Shown one piece after another: positions 38,347 through 48,023 of a DNA stretch of 64,000 nucleotides. A program made the position numbers and the translations under genes. Under the pieces are notes generated by a model. The model was not told the origin of the DNA. It was given only the letters and a program-made list of their open reading frames with translations, and made no database searches. Source of the stretch: an uncultured Candidatus Saccharibacteria bacterium (GTDB lineage: Bacteria > Patescibacteriota > JABMPQ01 > JAQVVF01); contig CAZNOH010000004.1 of assembly GCA_964574655.1 (NCBI GenBank), positions 2,046-66,045 of the forward strand, read 5' to 3'. Each line of letters begins with the position of its first letter. Positions within the stretch are counted from its first letter, which is position 1.

Positions 38347-39759
38347 TTATTTTTTAACTGGTGTTAAAACTGTAAACAAATAATCTTTAAATTTTGTTTT
38401 TATATTCTCTATTGTTCCAAGTTCTAATACTTTCAAAGAATCAATTTCTTTTTGCGAAACCCATGATGGAAGTGGCAGGCCTTGGCACAATGTAAAAATA
38501 TGAGATAAAAACGTTGTAGCGTAGGCGCCTTTGTGCAGATCAAAAGAAATTGCTACTCCCTCTTCTAAACAGCAAAATGAATTGATTGTTGGAATTAATT
38601 TTGATGGCACTTCAGAATGCTTTAGCCAGATGAATGGAAATGGCTTTAAATTTTTGACAAAATAATTTGTTTTATCAAAAGTTAATAAATCATTATAGAA
38701 ATTTTGATCAGAACTATTAGTGCTTAAAAACAAAGGAAATTTTTGTGGCAAGCTAATATTATTTCTAACAAACTGAGACATTTTTTTGTTGAATAAATAG
38801 CTCCCATAGGCATAGACCCATAATCTTACTTGATCTTTAATAGTAGTTAAAGCTTGAATGTATTCATCTTTATTCTTGCTTAGATATTTTAAAACCTTGA
38901 TTTCATTCTGGAAAGTATGTGGAAGCTGTTCATAAATTTTTAAAATTTTGTCCCACTGGCCGTAAATTAATTTTGCTTGATCACGGAATTCTTGAACAAG
39001 CGGAATTTCATTTTTGCCTTGAGCAACTAATAAAGCCTTAACAGCCAATTCATATTCTCCACGGCAAACTATAATGCCAAGCTTGTGAGCAATCCCCCTG
39101 CTTCCTCCAAATCTTTGACTGCCGAAAAAATTATAGAAACCGCTAGTTTTAATTTTTTTTATTTTTTCATACAGAGAATTTGGGTTGTACAAATTTTGTG
39201 TTCGGATAAAAATAGTAAATCTATTTCCTTGTAAATTGCCTGGCTGTAATGCACCCTTGCCCAAGACAATGTTTTTCAAAATTATACCAGGTATTTTTAA
39301 TTCTTTGATTTTGCTCAAAGCCACTTGTCGAAAGCTTAATCTTTGAGAAGTAACGGCAATAGCATCTTTTAGTCCAGCATGTCCGATTTGTTTTTGTTCA
39401 ATTCCTAATGATTTTGCAATTCGCTCAATTGCGACCAATGTTGAAACTCCAACTTTGATCATGTCAGCATAGACTGTCTCGCCTTCTTGATCAATTAAGT
39501 TTTTGTCATTTTCTGGATCAATTGTGGTAATTCTGCCATCTTGAGTAATCTCTTCAACGATAAAATCAACTGGTGAAAAACGCAAAAAACCCAAAGACAA
39601 GTCAGAAATAATTTCAATACCAAAGTCTTGGAGTAATTTTTGATCTTCGGTGATTGGATTTTGCCTTTCTAACTTTTTTGGGTTTTCTTTTCTAGCTTTT
39701 TCAAGAAAATCACATTCCTTCAACCAAGCATCGTACGATGTTTGATTTTGATTTTCCAT
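38347..39759 (-). CDS. truD: tRNA pseudouridine(13) synthase TruD
   Basis: FSPVDFIVEEI and GFYNFFGSQRFGG TruD motifs. Confidence 0.7.
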   Translation of the reverse strand: MENQNQTSYDAWLKECDFLEKARKENPKKLERQNPITEDQKLLQDFGIEIISDLSLGFLRFSPVDFIVEEITQDGRITTIDPENDKNLIDQEGETVYADMIKVGVSTLVAIERIAKSLGIEQKQIGHAGLKDAIAVTSQRLSFRQVALSKIKELKIPGIILKNIVLGKGALQPGNLQGNRFTIFIRTQNLYNPNSLYEKIKKIKTSGFYNFFGSQRFGGSRGIAHKLGIIVCRGEYELAVKALLVAQGKNEIPLVQEFRDQAKLIYGQWDKILKIYEQLPHTFQNEIKVLKYLSKNKDEYIQALTTIKDQVRLWVYAYGSYLFNKKMSQFVRNNISLPQKFPLFLSTNSSDQNFYNDLLTFDKTNYFVKNLKPFPFIWLKHSEVPSKLIPTINSFCCLEEGVAISFDLHKGAYATTFLSHIFTLCQGLPLPSWVSQKEIDSLKVLELGTIENIKTKFKDYLFTVLTPVKK

Positions 39760-39861
39760 TATATTTTATTATTTATTATTCCGGCCTGAAGGCCGGACCA
39801 CAAACAAGATAAATACATTTTTCACCAAGTCGTGGGCCAGGCTTTAGCCTGGCAATTTTAT

Positions 39862-40599
39862 TTATCTTGGATTTTGTGTTGGAAATTTTTTAACGCTACC
39901 AACTTCTAGCTCTGGTTCTTTATGACTTTCTTTTATAGCTTCAGCAAAAGTATCAGCCATAAGTTGTATAATTTTGATAGCATCGTCATTGCATGGAACT
40001 GGATAATTAATGATTTCTGGATTTGCATTTGCATCAACTAAAGCAATCGTAGGAATGCCTATTACTATCGCTTCTTTCACTGCAGATTTATTGTCCATTA
40101 CATCTATAAAGAATAATGCTTCTGGCAATTTGTCTAAATTCTTTAAGCCACCGATTTTTTGATTTAATTTTTCTATATCTTCTAGCATTAATTGTTTTTC
40201 GTATTTTGTATAATTCTTTTCCATTTCTCCAGTTTCTTTTTGCTTTTCTAGTGTTCTTAATTTTTGAATTAAATTATGGATTGTTTTGAAATTTGTCAAA
40301 GTTCCACCAAGCCATCTTGTTGTAACATAAGGCATATTGCATGAAATAGCTGCTTTTTTTACAATTTCTTTGCCTTGTCTTTTTGTACAGATAAAAACAA
40401 TTTTTCCACCTTTGCTCGTGATTTGTGTAACGTAATCCAATGCTTTTCCAAGCATTTCTTTAGTTTTTGAAAGATTGATAATATAAACGCCTTCTTTTTT
40501 AGTGAAGACATAATCTTTCATTCTTGGATCCCACTTTGCTGCCTTGTGGCCAAAATGAGCGCCGGCTTTTAGTAATTCTTGGATTGTTGGAGTTTTCAT
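39862..40599 (-). CDS. rpsB: 30S ribosomal protein S2
   Basis: Conserved S2 sequence throughout. Confidence 0.9.
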   Translation of the reverse strand: MKTPTIQELLKAGAHFGHKAAKWDPRMKDYVFTKKEGVYIINLSKTKEMLGKALDYVTQITSKGGKIVFICTKRQGKEIVKKAAISCNMPYVTTRWLGGTLTNFKTIHNLIQKLRTLEKQKETGEMEKNYTKYEKQLMLEDIEKLNQKIGGLKNLDKLPEALFFIDVMDNKSAVKEAIVIGIPTIALVDANANPEIINYPVPCNDDAIKIIQLMADTFAEAIKESHKEPELEVGSVKKFPTQNPR

Positions 40600-40652
40600 A
40601 ATAATTCTTAATAATTAAATTATACTTTATAAATATTATATTAACAAAACTT

Positions 40653-40684
40653 CACGCATCCGCCTACGCTCTGCGGAGCTATGG
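40653..40684 (-). repeat. R1 copy of a structured element (atccgcc-tac-gctc-tgcg-gagc-tat-ggcggat)
   Basis: 7-bp outer stem, internal loop, 4-bp inner stem with tgcg loop; homolog R2 at 31768-31800. Confidence 0.5.
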
Positions 40685-40707
40685 CGGATAAAAAAAATTC
40701 GCCCATG
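40685..40707 (-). terminator. Hairpin ttcgcccatggcgaa followed on the minus strand by U8
   Basis: Read directly. Confidence 0.5.
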
Positions 40708-40759
40708 GCGAACTAAGAAATTTGTCCTTAGTCCGCCGTTTTCGTCATCCCATATTACC

Positions 40760-40822
40760 ACCCAGCACATAAATACGTTATGTGCATGGGAGGAAGGTAA
40801 ATGGTCAGAAAACGTGTGGTGT
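40760..40822. other. gcacataaatacgttatgtgc hairpin, then GGGAGGAAGG plus an 8-codon mini-ORF (ATG GTC AGA AAA CGT GTG GTG TAT TAG, 40796-40822)
   Basis: Twin of the hairpin at 15381-15400; mid-GC segment in the rpsB upstream region. Confidence 0.4.
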
Positions 40823-40886
40823 ATTAGTCAGCTGTTATAATTTAACAGTAACTTGAAATAAATATAACATGATAAAATAATTTTGG

Positions 40887-40909
40887 CAAGAGAAATAAAA
40901 AAGACCGGT
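40887..40909 (-). terminator. Terminator of the 148-aa foreign gene
   Basis: agaccgg-taaa-ccgatct (U-G wobble) with U-run on the minus strand. Confidence 0.55.
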
Positions 40910-40928
40910 AAACCGATCTAAAATGAAC

Positions 40929-41375
40929 TTATTGAACTGCTCGAACTCCAATGGAAATTTTTTGCTTTGACGGAGCAGATGTGCTCTGATTTTCTATAAA
41001 GATTTTGGCAACTATCCAATCGTTTCTTCGGCTGTATGAAGTCCAGAGGTAGGTTGTTGCATCTTCCTTGTCATGCCTATAAATTTGTTTATCTTGATCT
41101 GGAAATTCAATGCTGATTGCATAATTTTCTGGTGCTTTGACAACGAATGTATACCAGCGCTTGAAGAATACAATAGGAATAGCCAAACAGGCTGGAATCT
41201 TTTGGTTATCAATTTCAACCAAAATATATGGCGACTGGACATTGACATATGGCTCAACAACTTGACAGCCTGTCTTTTTCAAATACTGCTTGACTACTTC
41301 TGGAACTACTACTTTTTGAGCGAAAGCTTCGGTTGCTAAAAGGAACACACACAAAGCAATCAGTCTGATAAGCAT
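40929..41375 (-). CDS. Secreted hypothetical protein with signal peptide (foreign cassette)
   Basis: MLIRLIALCVFLLATEAFA; RBS agaGGAGGagagag-ATG; GC about 42%. Confidence 0.5.
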   Translation of the reverse strand: MLIRLIALCVFLLATEAFAQKVVVPEVVKQYLKKTGCQVVEPYVNVQSPYILVEIDNQKIPACLAIPIVFFKRWYTFVVKAPENYAISIEFPDQDKQIYRHDKEDATTYLWTSYSRRNDWIVAKIFIENQSTSAPSKQKISIGVRAVQ

Positions 41376-41444
41376 CTCTCTCCTCCTCTTTCTGACTGTG
41401 AATGGGACCTTTTATTGTATTATAAATTCAACTAATTGTCAAGT

Positions 41445-42161
41445 CTAATCCTTTTTCGCAATCGTAATCAGATTATAACCGTTCCTCCAATTTGATCTTT
41501 CACCTTTCTTAACATAATACTGCTCTTCAACTTTGAAGCCTGTACTTTGTAATAAACTTGCTAATTCTTTCTTAGTAAAAGCATGATAATAGCGATCAAC
41601 AACTCCAAAGCGAGCTTTCCAAGGCATGTAAACGTCCTTCAAATCTAATTCTCGATGCTTGCCAGCAACACTTGAAAAAGAATATTTTAATGTCTGCCAG
41701 AAATATTTTGCTTGAAAGAGATTCCAGTTGGTCATTAATAAATAGCTATTTGGCTTCAAAATATGATGAAAATCTCTTAGAACTTGCAAACGCAATTCTT
41801 TAGATGGAATGTGCTGATATGCAGCAACGCAGAAAATTATGTCAAAAGTTTCTGTTTCAAAATGTAAATCCAACAACTCCATTTGTCTAAAATTTCCAAA
41901 TTGATATTTAGTTTTAGCTTCATTAATCAAAGCATAGCTATTATCAACGCCAAGATATTTAATATTTTTATTCTTCAACAATTGATAAAGACGGCCATTG
42001 CCACATCCTGCATCAAGGATGTTTTGATTGGGCTTTACAAATTTCATTAAATCTTCTAATTCTTGCCACGAAAAAGCACGAGTTGCAGAGAATTCTTTGG
42101 CTAAAGATTTGTAATCTTGCTTTGTTTTATCGATTAATTTTTGGGCATATTCTTTTTGCAT
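41445..42161 (-). CDS. Class I SAM-dependent methyltransferase (Trm9/ALKBH8-MTase-like)
   Basis: ILDAGCGNGRLY motif I; ~238 aa; divergently paired with the Elp3-like gene. Confidence 0.65.
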   Translation of the reverse strand: MQKEYAQKLIDKTKQDYKSLAKEFSATRAFSWQELEDLMKFVKPNQNILDAGCGNGRLYQLLKNKNIKYLGVDNSYALINEAKTKYQFGNFRQMELLDLHFETETFDIIFCVAAYQHIPSKELRLQVLRDFHHILKPNSYLLMTNWNLFQAKYFWQTLKYSFSSVAGKHRELDLKDVYMPWKARFGVVDRYYHAFTKKELASLLQSTGFKVEEQYYVKKGERSNWRNGYNLITIAKKD

Positions 42162-42261
42162 AAAGGTAAAAGTAAAAAATAAAAAGGAAAAAGTTACAAT
42201 TCAAAAGTAAAAAAAACTGACGTTGACAAGAATGGCTTAATGTTATATTCTTGGTAGAACT

Positions 42262-43872
42262 ATGAAACCAACAGAAGAATTAATAATTAAAACTTTAAAA
42301 AAAAAATCTTTTTTAAGATCCAAATTTGAATTGGAAAAAAGAAAAATTTCTAAAAAATATAAATGCGAGTTACCTACTAATATTTTAATATTATCAGTTT
42401 ATCGCGATTTAATCAAAAAGAAAAAAAATAAGCCTAACAAAAATTTTGAAGAATTATTAAAAAAACAAAAAACTAGAACATTATCTGGCATTGCTTCAAT
42501 TGCAATTTTTACAAAACCATACAAATGTCCTGGCAAATGTTTGTATTGTCCAAGTCAACCGAAAATGCCAAAAAGCTATTTGAATGATGAGCCAGCAGTA
42601 ATGCGGGCAATTCTTTGTAACTATTCGCCTAAAAAACAGATTGAAACAAGATTAGAAGCTTTGAATATCTGCGGACACAAGACTGACAAAATTGAATTAA
42701 TTATTATGGGTGGATCATGGAGCGCATTTCCGAAGTCTTATCAAAACAATTTTGTTTGGCGATGCTTTAAGACGGCAAATGAATTTAATCATGGAGTTAA
42801 AAGTTATAAGTTAAAAGTTAAAAGTAACTTAACGACTGAACAAAAACGCAATGAAAAAGCGAAACATAGAATTATTGGAATGACTCTTGAGACAAGACCA
42901 GATTTGATTGATGAAAAAGAAGTAATCAGAATGCGAAAACTTGGCGCAACAAGAGTTGAGCTTGGTGTACAAAGTGTCTATGATGATGTTCTAAAATTCA
43001 ATAATCGCGGACATCTTGTTGCTAGAACAATTTTGGCGACTAAACTTTTGAAAGACGCTGGATTTAAAATCAACTATCATATGATGCCGAATTTGCCAAA
43101 AAGTAATAAAGAAAAAGATCTGCAAATGTTCGAAGAATTATTTTCTAATTCTTCTTTTCAGCCAGACATGTTAAAAATATATCCTTGCGTTTTAACTAAG
43201 AATTCTAAATTATTTAAAGTTTGGAAGGCCGGAAACTATAAACCTTACAATGACAAAGAAATTGTTGATTTGTTAATTAAGATTAAACAGAATATTCCTA
43301 AATATGTAAGGATAATGAGATTAGGTCGCGATATACCAGCAAATGATATTGTTGCTGGAAATAAAATGTCTAATATTAGACAAGTTGTTCATGCAAAGAT
43401 GATTGAACAAAATTTGATTTGTAAGTGCATAAGATGCAGAGAAATAAAGAACGAAATATTGAATATTAAATATTTAATATTAAGAAGACATGATTATTTT
43501 GCGTCTGGAGGCAAAGAAATATTTTTAAGTTTTGAAGATATCAAATTAAACAAAATTTTGGCTTATTTGAGACTCAGGATCCCTTCTCAATATTTTAGTC
43601 ATGAAAAACATTTCGTTAAAGTTTTAAATAATTGTGCTATAATAAGAGAATTGAAAAGTTTAGGTCAGATGGTGGAGATTAATCAGAAAAATAAAAAAGC
43701 ATCTCAGCATAAAGGCTTGGGTAAAAAGTTGATGCGAGAAGCAGAAAAAATTATAATAAAAGAATTTAAGCTAGATAAAATTGCTGTAATTTCCGGAGTT
43801 GGAGTGAGAGGTTATTATAAAAAGCAAGGATATAAATTCAAAGATAGCTACATGATTAAAAATATAAAATAA
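42262..43872 (+). CDS. elp3: Elp3-family radical-SAM/GNAT protein (tRNA U34 carboxymethyluridine synthase homolog)
   Basis: CPGKCLYCP radical-SAM cluster; C-terminal GNAT QHKGLGKKLM; N-terminal basic region. Confidence 0.65.
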   Translation: MKPTEELIIKTLKKKSFLRSKFELEKRKISKKYKCELPTNILILSVYRDLIKKKKNKPNKNFEELLKKQKTRTLSGIASIAIFTKPYKCPGKCLYCPSQPKMPKSYLNDEPAVMRAILCNYSPKKQIETRLEALNICGHKTDKIELIIMGGSWSAFPKSYQNNFVWRCFKTANEFNHGVKSYKLKVKSNLTTEQKRNEKAKHRIIGMTLETRPDLIDEKEVIRMRKLGATRVELGVQSVYDDVLKFNNRGHLVARTILATKLLKDAGFKINYHMMPNLPKSNKEKDLQMFEELFSNSSFQPDMLKIYPCVLTKNSKLFKVWKAGNYKPYNDKEIVDLLIKIKQNIPKYVRIMRLGRDIPANDIVAGNKMSNIRQVVHAKMIEQNLICKCIRCREIKNEILNIKYLILRRHDYFASGGKEIFLSFEDIKLNKILAYLRLRIPSQYFSHEKHFVKVLNNCAIIRELKSLGQMVEINQKNKKASQHKGLGKKLMREAEKIIIKEFKLDKIAVISGVGVRGYYKKQGYKFKDSYMIKNIK

Positions 43873-43920
43873 ATTTGTTCTTTTAAATTTGGAGAAAGAG
43901 AACCCAAGCAGGAGGGAAAG

Positions 43921-45021
43921 ATGACGACATGCGAACGGCATCCTGAATCAAGACAAACTTTTTGTTTTTTCTGCGGAGAATATGGATGCTCGAAATGTAT
44001 GGCAAGAATTGGAAAGCACAACATCTGTGGAAAATGTGCAAAACAACTCCATGAAGCAATTACTCCGCATCAATTGGCAATCTTTTCCGGTCGGTCCAAT
44101 GAGCCTTTGGCACAAAGAGTTTGTTCTATTCTAGGTATTCCTTTGGGACAAATGCGTTTTAAGGATTTTGAAGGCTCAGAAATGCGTCCACAATTTTTGG
44201 AGAATATCAGAGGTAAGAGAGTATTTATTTTGCAACCAACTGTTGCCGGCGAAGATGCAATTGGTGCAAAAATGCGTGAAGAACTTTTATTAATGGTTCG
44301 AGCTGCAAAACAGGCTTCTGCCCAAGAAGTTTGCGTTGTAATTCCAGATTTTGCATATCAACGACAAGAGCGAAAAACACAAGCAAGAATTGCAATTTCC
44401 GCTCGACTAATGGTTGATCTTCTTGAAACTGCCGGTGCTGATAGATTTGTTTTCCTCGATCTTCATGCTGGGGCAATACAAGGCTTTACTTCTAAGCCTG
44501 CTGACCATCTCTGGGCTACTCCGCTACTGTTGAAAGAAGCTTTAGCCGATCATGTTGCTCCTGGACAAACAGTTTTTCTGACTGATGCAGGTTATGCCAA
44601 AGTTGTCAGTGCGTATGCAAGAAAATTTGGAGTTGATTTTGCAGTTGCCCATAAAGAAGGAAGAGACAAAAAAGATGATCAAATTGATAGCATCAGAATT
44701 GTTGGCGATGTACGTGGAAAAATAGTAGTAATCATTGATGATATCGTTAAATCAGCAAAAACGATGATTGAAATGGCAAAGGCTTGCTTGAGAGATGGAG
44801 CAATAAAAGTTGTTGGCGCAGGAATTCATGGAGAATTGACAGAAGGTGCGGCTGAAAGAATTGAACTTTCTTGTTTGGAATTTTTGGCTATTACTGATAC
44901 TGTTCATATTTCTGACAAAAAACGCAATAAGAAAATTGTGATAGTGTCTACAGATAAGCTAATTGCTCAAGCAATCAAAGCAATTTACGAGTATGGATCA
45001 GTTTCTGAACTTTTTGACTAG
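43921..45021 (+). CDS. Ribose-phosphate pyrophosphokinase (Prs)-like protein with N-terminal Cys-rich zinc ribbon (foreign cassette)
   Basis: HPESRQTFCFFCGEYGCSKCMARIGKHNICGKC; Prs core FLDLHAGAIQGF; divergent PRPP loop IIDDIVKSAKTM; RBS caGGAGGgaaag-ATG. Confidence 0.6.
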   Translation: MTTCERHPESRQTFCFFCGEYGCSKCMARIGKHNICGKCAKQLHEAITPHQLAIFSGRSNEPLAQRVCSILGIPLGQMRFKDFEGSEMRPQFLENIRGKRVFILQPTVAGEDAIGAKMREELLLMVRAAKQASAQEVCVVIPDFAYQRQERKTQARIAISARLMVDLLETAGADRFVFLDLHAGAIQGFTSKPADHLWATPLLLKEALADHVAPGQTVFLTDAGYAKVVSAYARKFGVDFAVAHKEGRDKKDDQIDSIRIVGDVRGKIVVIIDDIVKSAKTMIEMAKACLRDGAIKVVGAGIHGELTEGAAERIELSCLEFLAITDTVHISDKKRNKKIVIVSTDKLIAQAIKAIYEYGSVSELFD

Positions 45022-45023
45022 TT

Positions 45024-45047
45024 AACCGCTTTTACGCGGTTTTTTTA
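45024..45047 (+). terminator. Rho-independent terminator
   Basis: aaccgc-ttttac-gcggtt plus T7. Confidence 0.65.
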
Positions 45048-45193
45048 TTTACCATTGGCTTGTTAAAAGTCTATAAATTATGCATTTTTACCGACTAAAT
45101 ACATAATCTTAGAATATCGAACAAAGCCTAATTTTTTGCATAAACTTCTAACTGGCCTTGCAATTTATTATATTTAGTGTATAATGGTTTCAT

Positions 45194-45460
45194 ATGAAAG
45201 AAAAAATCCATCCAAAATTTGGTCCAGCAACAATCAAATGCGCTTGCGGAAACACAATCAAAACAGCATCTACAGTAAGCGAGATGAATGTTGAAATTTG
45301 TTCATCTTGCCATCCAACATTCACTGGCAAAGCAAAATTTGTTGATACTGCTGGTATGCTTGACAAATTCAAGGCTAGACAAGAAAAATCTTTGAAGCTT
45401 AAAGTTGCTAAAAAAGACAAAAAGCCAAGAATCAAAAAAGAAGCTAAAGAAAATAAATAG
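45194..45460 (+). CDS. rpmE: 50S ribosomal protein L31 with Lys-rich C-terminal extension
   Basis: MKEKIHPKF...[10 protein letters not shown]; a TATAAT box sits about 7 nt upstream of the ATG, suggesting a leaderless-like start. Confidence 0.85.
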   Translation: MKEKIHPKFGPATIKCACGNTIKTASTVSEMNVEICSSCHPTFTGKAKFVDTAGMLDKFKARQEKSLKLKVAKKDKKPRIKKEAKENK

Positions 45461-45470
45461 CTGATTTTTA

Positions 45471-45501
45471 AACAGAGTTTTTTGTTAATACTCTGTTTTT
45501 T
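45471..45501 (+). terminator. Rho-independent terminator of rpmE
   Basis: aacagagt...actctgtt plus T6. Confidence 0.6.
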
Positions 45502-45601
45502 GTTATAATAAACATGTGAAGATTAAATTGTTATATTGCCAAATTGCTAAACGTAATTTGCTTTAACAATTTAACAATTGAACAATTAAGCAATTACGAC
45601 T

Positions 45602-46666
45602 ATGGAAGAAAAATTAAAGAAAATTAGAGAAGAATACAATAAAATTAATCAGGAACTAAGCTCTTCAGAGATAGTTTCTGATAGCTTAAAATTGACAAAA
45701 TTATCTAAAAGAGCAGCCGAATTGAGACAGACTATTGATTTATTAAATAGATATGAAGAAGTTGCAAAACAGATTAAAGAAAATGAAGAATTGATTGCAT
45801 CTGAACAAGACAAAGAATTAATTGCCATGGCGACCGAAGATTTGGATGATTTGAAAATTGAATTTGAAAATTTAAGGAAAGATTTGGAAGTTGAATTATT
45901 GCCAAAAGATCCAAGTGATTCTAAAAATGCTATCATGGAAATTCGTGCTGGAGCTGGAGGAGACGAGGCAGCTTTATTTGCAGCCGAGCTTTTCAGGATG
46001 TATTCAAAATTTGCAGAAAGCAAGAATTGGAAAATAGAAATAATGGATTCTAACAGAACAGGAATCGGCGGTTTTAAGGAAATTATTTTTGTTGTAAAGG
46101 GCGATAATGTTTTCAGAACTTTAAAATATGAAAGCGGAGTGCATCGCGTTCAAAGAGTTCCAGAAACTGAAAAACAAGGCAGGATTCATACTTCAACTGT
46201 AACCGTTGTGGTCTTGCCAGAAGTTGAAGAAGTCGAATTTAGCATTGATCCAAAAGATCTAAGAATTGATGCTTTTTGTTCTCAAGGAGCAGGCGGACAA
46301 AGCGTTAACACAACCTATTCAGCAATTAGAATTACTCATATACCTACTGGTGTCACAGCTTCTTGCCAAGATGAAAGATCTCAGCAAAAAAATAAAGCGA
46401 AAGCAATGAAAGTTTTAAGATCAAGAGTGCAAAATAAACAAGAAGAAGAAAAATCACAAAAGGCTGGACAAGATCGTAAAATGCAAATTGGAACTGGAGA
46501 TAGATCAGAAAAAATTAGAACTTACAATTTTCCTCAAGATAGAGTTACTGATCACAGAATAAAATTTACAACAAAAAATTTGCCGACTGTTTTGGCTGGA
46601 AAGCTGGATCCAATATTGGATAAACTTAAAGAAGAAGATCAACGTCTCAAAATGAGTATTAGTTAA
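45602..46666 (+). CDS. prfA: Peptide chain release factor 1
   Basis: GGQSVNTT; tripeptide-anticodon region reads PET rather than the usual PAT or PVT. Confidence 0.8.
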   Translation: MEEKLKKIREEYNKINQELSSSEIVSDSLKLTKLSKRAAELRQTIDLLNRYEEVAKQIKENEELIASEQDKELIAMATEDLDDLKIEFENLRKDLEVELLPKDPSDSKNAIMEIRAGAGGDEAALFAAELFRMYSKFAESKNWKIEIMDSNRTGIGGFKEIIFVVKGDNVFRTLKYESGVHRVQRVPETEKQGRIHTSTVTVVVLPEVEEVEFSIDPKDLRIDAFCSQGAGGQSVNTTYSAIRITHIPTGVTASCQDERSQQKNKAKAMKVLRSRVQNKQEEEKSQKAGQDRKMQIGTGDRSEKIRTYNFPQDRVTDHRIKFTTKNLPTVLAGKLDPILDKLKEEDQRLKMSIS

Positions 46667-46816
46667 TTTAAAAGCATTTTTTCTTAAGCCTGAATACTTC
46701 TTGATAAATTTTGCTAAGATATTCGGAAATTCTGATATTAGATATTACGTTAAAATTATTTTTAATATCTTAATTTCTTAATATCCGAATATCTAATATT
46801 TGATTTAAAAAACAAA

Positions 46817-47989
46817 ATGTTAAACCTAAAGTTGACTAAAAAGGAAATATTAAACATTGTTTTTTTGTTTGTGGGCTGGCGCTTGGTTTTGCAATTCATT
46901 GCCTTCCTTGGAAAATATCGCCTTTTTTTATCAACTGACAATGCTTATGATCACCTTTCTCCCTGGCACATTGATAAATTACCAGAATTTCTACAATATT
47001 TTGTAAAATGGGATTCTGGTTTTTATTTGGAAATCGCGGAAAAAGGATATTTTTTTGATCAAGCAAAAAATTTGTATAATGTAGCCTTCTTCCCTCTTTA
47101 TCCGTTGTTAATCAAAATATTTAGTTTTATTTTTCAATCTCGAGTAATTTCTGGAATTATTATATCAACTTTGGCTACTTTTGGCGCTTGTTTCTTTTTG
47201 TATAAACTTGCTAAACTTGAATTAAAGGATAATAATTCTGCCTTAAAATCAGTATTTTATTTTTTGATTTTTCCAACAGCTGTTTTTATAGCATCAATTT
47301 ATACTGAATCTTTATTTATATTTTTGGCAGTTGCATGTTTGTATTTTGCGAGAACAAAAAGGTTTGCGATTGCTTCATGTTTTGGTTTTTTTGCTGCTAT
47401 ATCTAGACCGATTGGCATAATTTTGTTTTTAGTTTTGATTTTGGAATATTTGGAACAGATTAATTTTAAATTCAAAGAAATTAAATTAGACATCTTGTGG
47501 ACGTTGCTTGTTCCAGCTGGTCTTTCAAGTTACATGATTTTTTTATGGATAAAGTTTAAAGATCCTTTATTATTTTTGAAAGCGCAAAATGCTTGGGATC
47601 GTAAAATTGGTTTTGATTTTTGGGGAATTTGGGTTGATCTAAAAAATCACGTTCATGACATTTTTTATCCATCACAAAATTTTGCTTTTTCGTTAAGAAA
47701 TGACTTTGAGTTTTTTTTCTTTATAACTTTTTTAATTCTGTCTATAATAGTCTTTTTTAGACTAAGAAAGTCTTATGGATTATATTGCTTTCTTGCTTTA
47801 CTAATTCCTTTTTTAACTGGCTCTCTAATTTCAATGACTAGATTCACATTAGTTTTATTTCCTGTTTTTATTTTGTTAGCTAAATTTACGATAAAGAGAG
47901 AATGGCTGAATTACTTTATAATTATGCTATTTTCAATGATGCTGAGTTTATTTACGATAATGCTTGCAAATTGGTATTGGATAGGATAA
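46817..47989 (+). CDS. Polytopic membrane protein (possible glycosyltransferase-like integral membrane family)
   Basis: About 10 predicted TM helices; native composition. Confidence 0.5.
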   Translation: MLNLKLTKKEILNIVFLFVGWRLVLQFIAFLGKYRLFLSTDNAYDHLSPWHIDKLPEFLQYFVKWDSGFYLEIAEKGYFFDQAKNLYNVAFFPLYPLLIKIFSFIFQSRVISGIIISTLATFGACFFLYKLAKLELKDNNSALKSVFYFLIFPTAVFIASIYTESLFIFLAVACLYFARTKRFAIASCFGFFAAISRPIGIILFLVLILEYLEQINFKFKEIKLDILWTLLVPAGLSSYMIFLWIKFKDPLLFLKAQNAWDRKIGFDFWGIWVDLKNHVHDIFYPSQNFAFSLRNDFEFFFFITFLILSIIVFFRLRKSYGLYCFLALLIPFLTGSLISMTRFTLVLFPVFILLAKFTIKREWLNYFIIMLFSMMLSLFTIMLANWYWIG

Positions 47990-48023
47990 AATAAAATGCT
48001 CTCTCAAAGAAGGAGGAGAAGAG

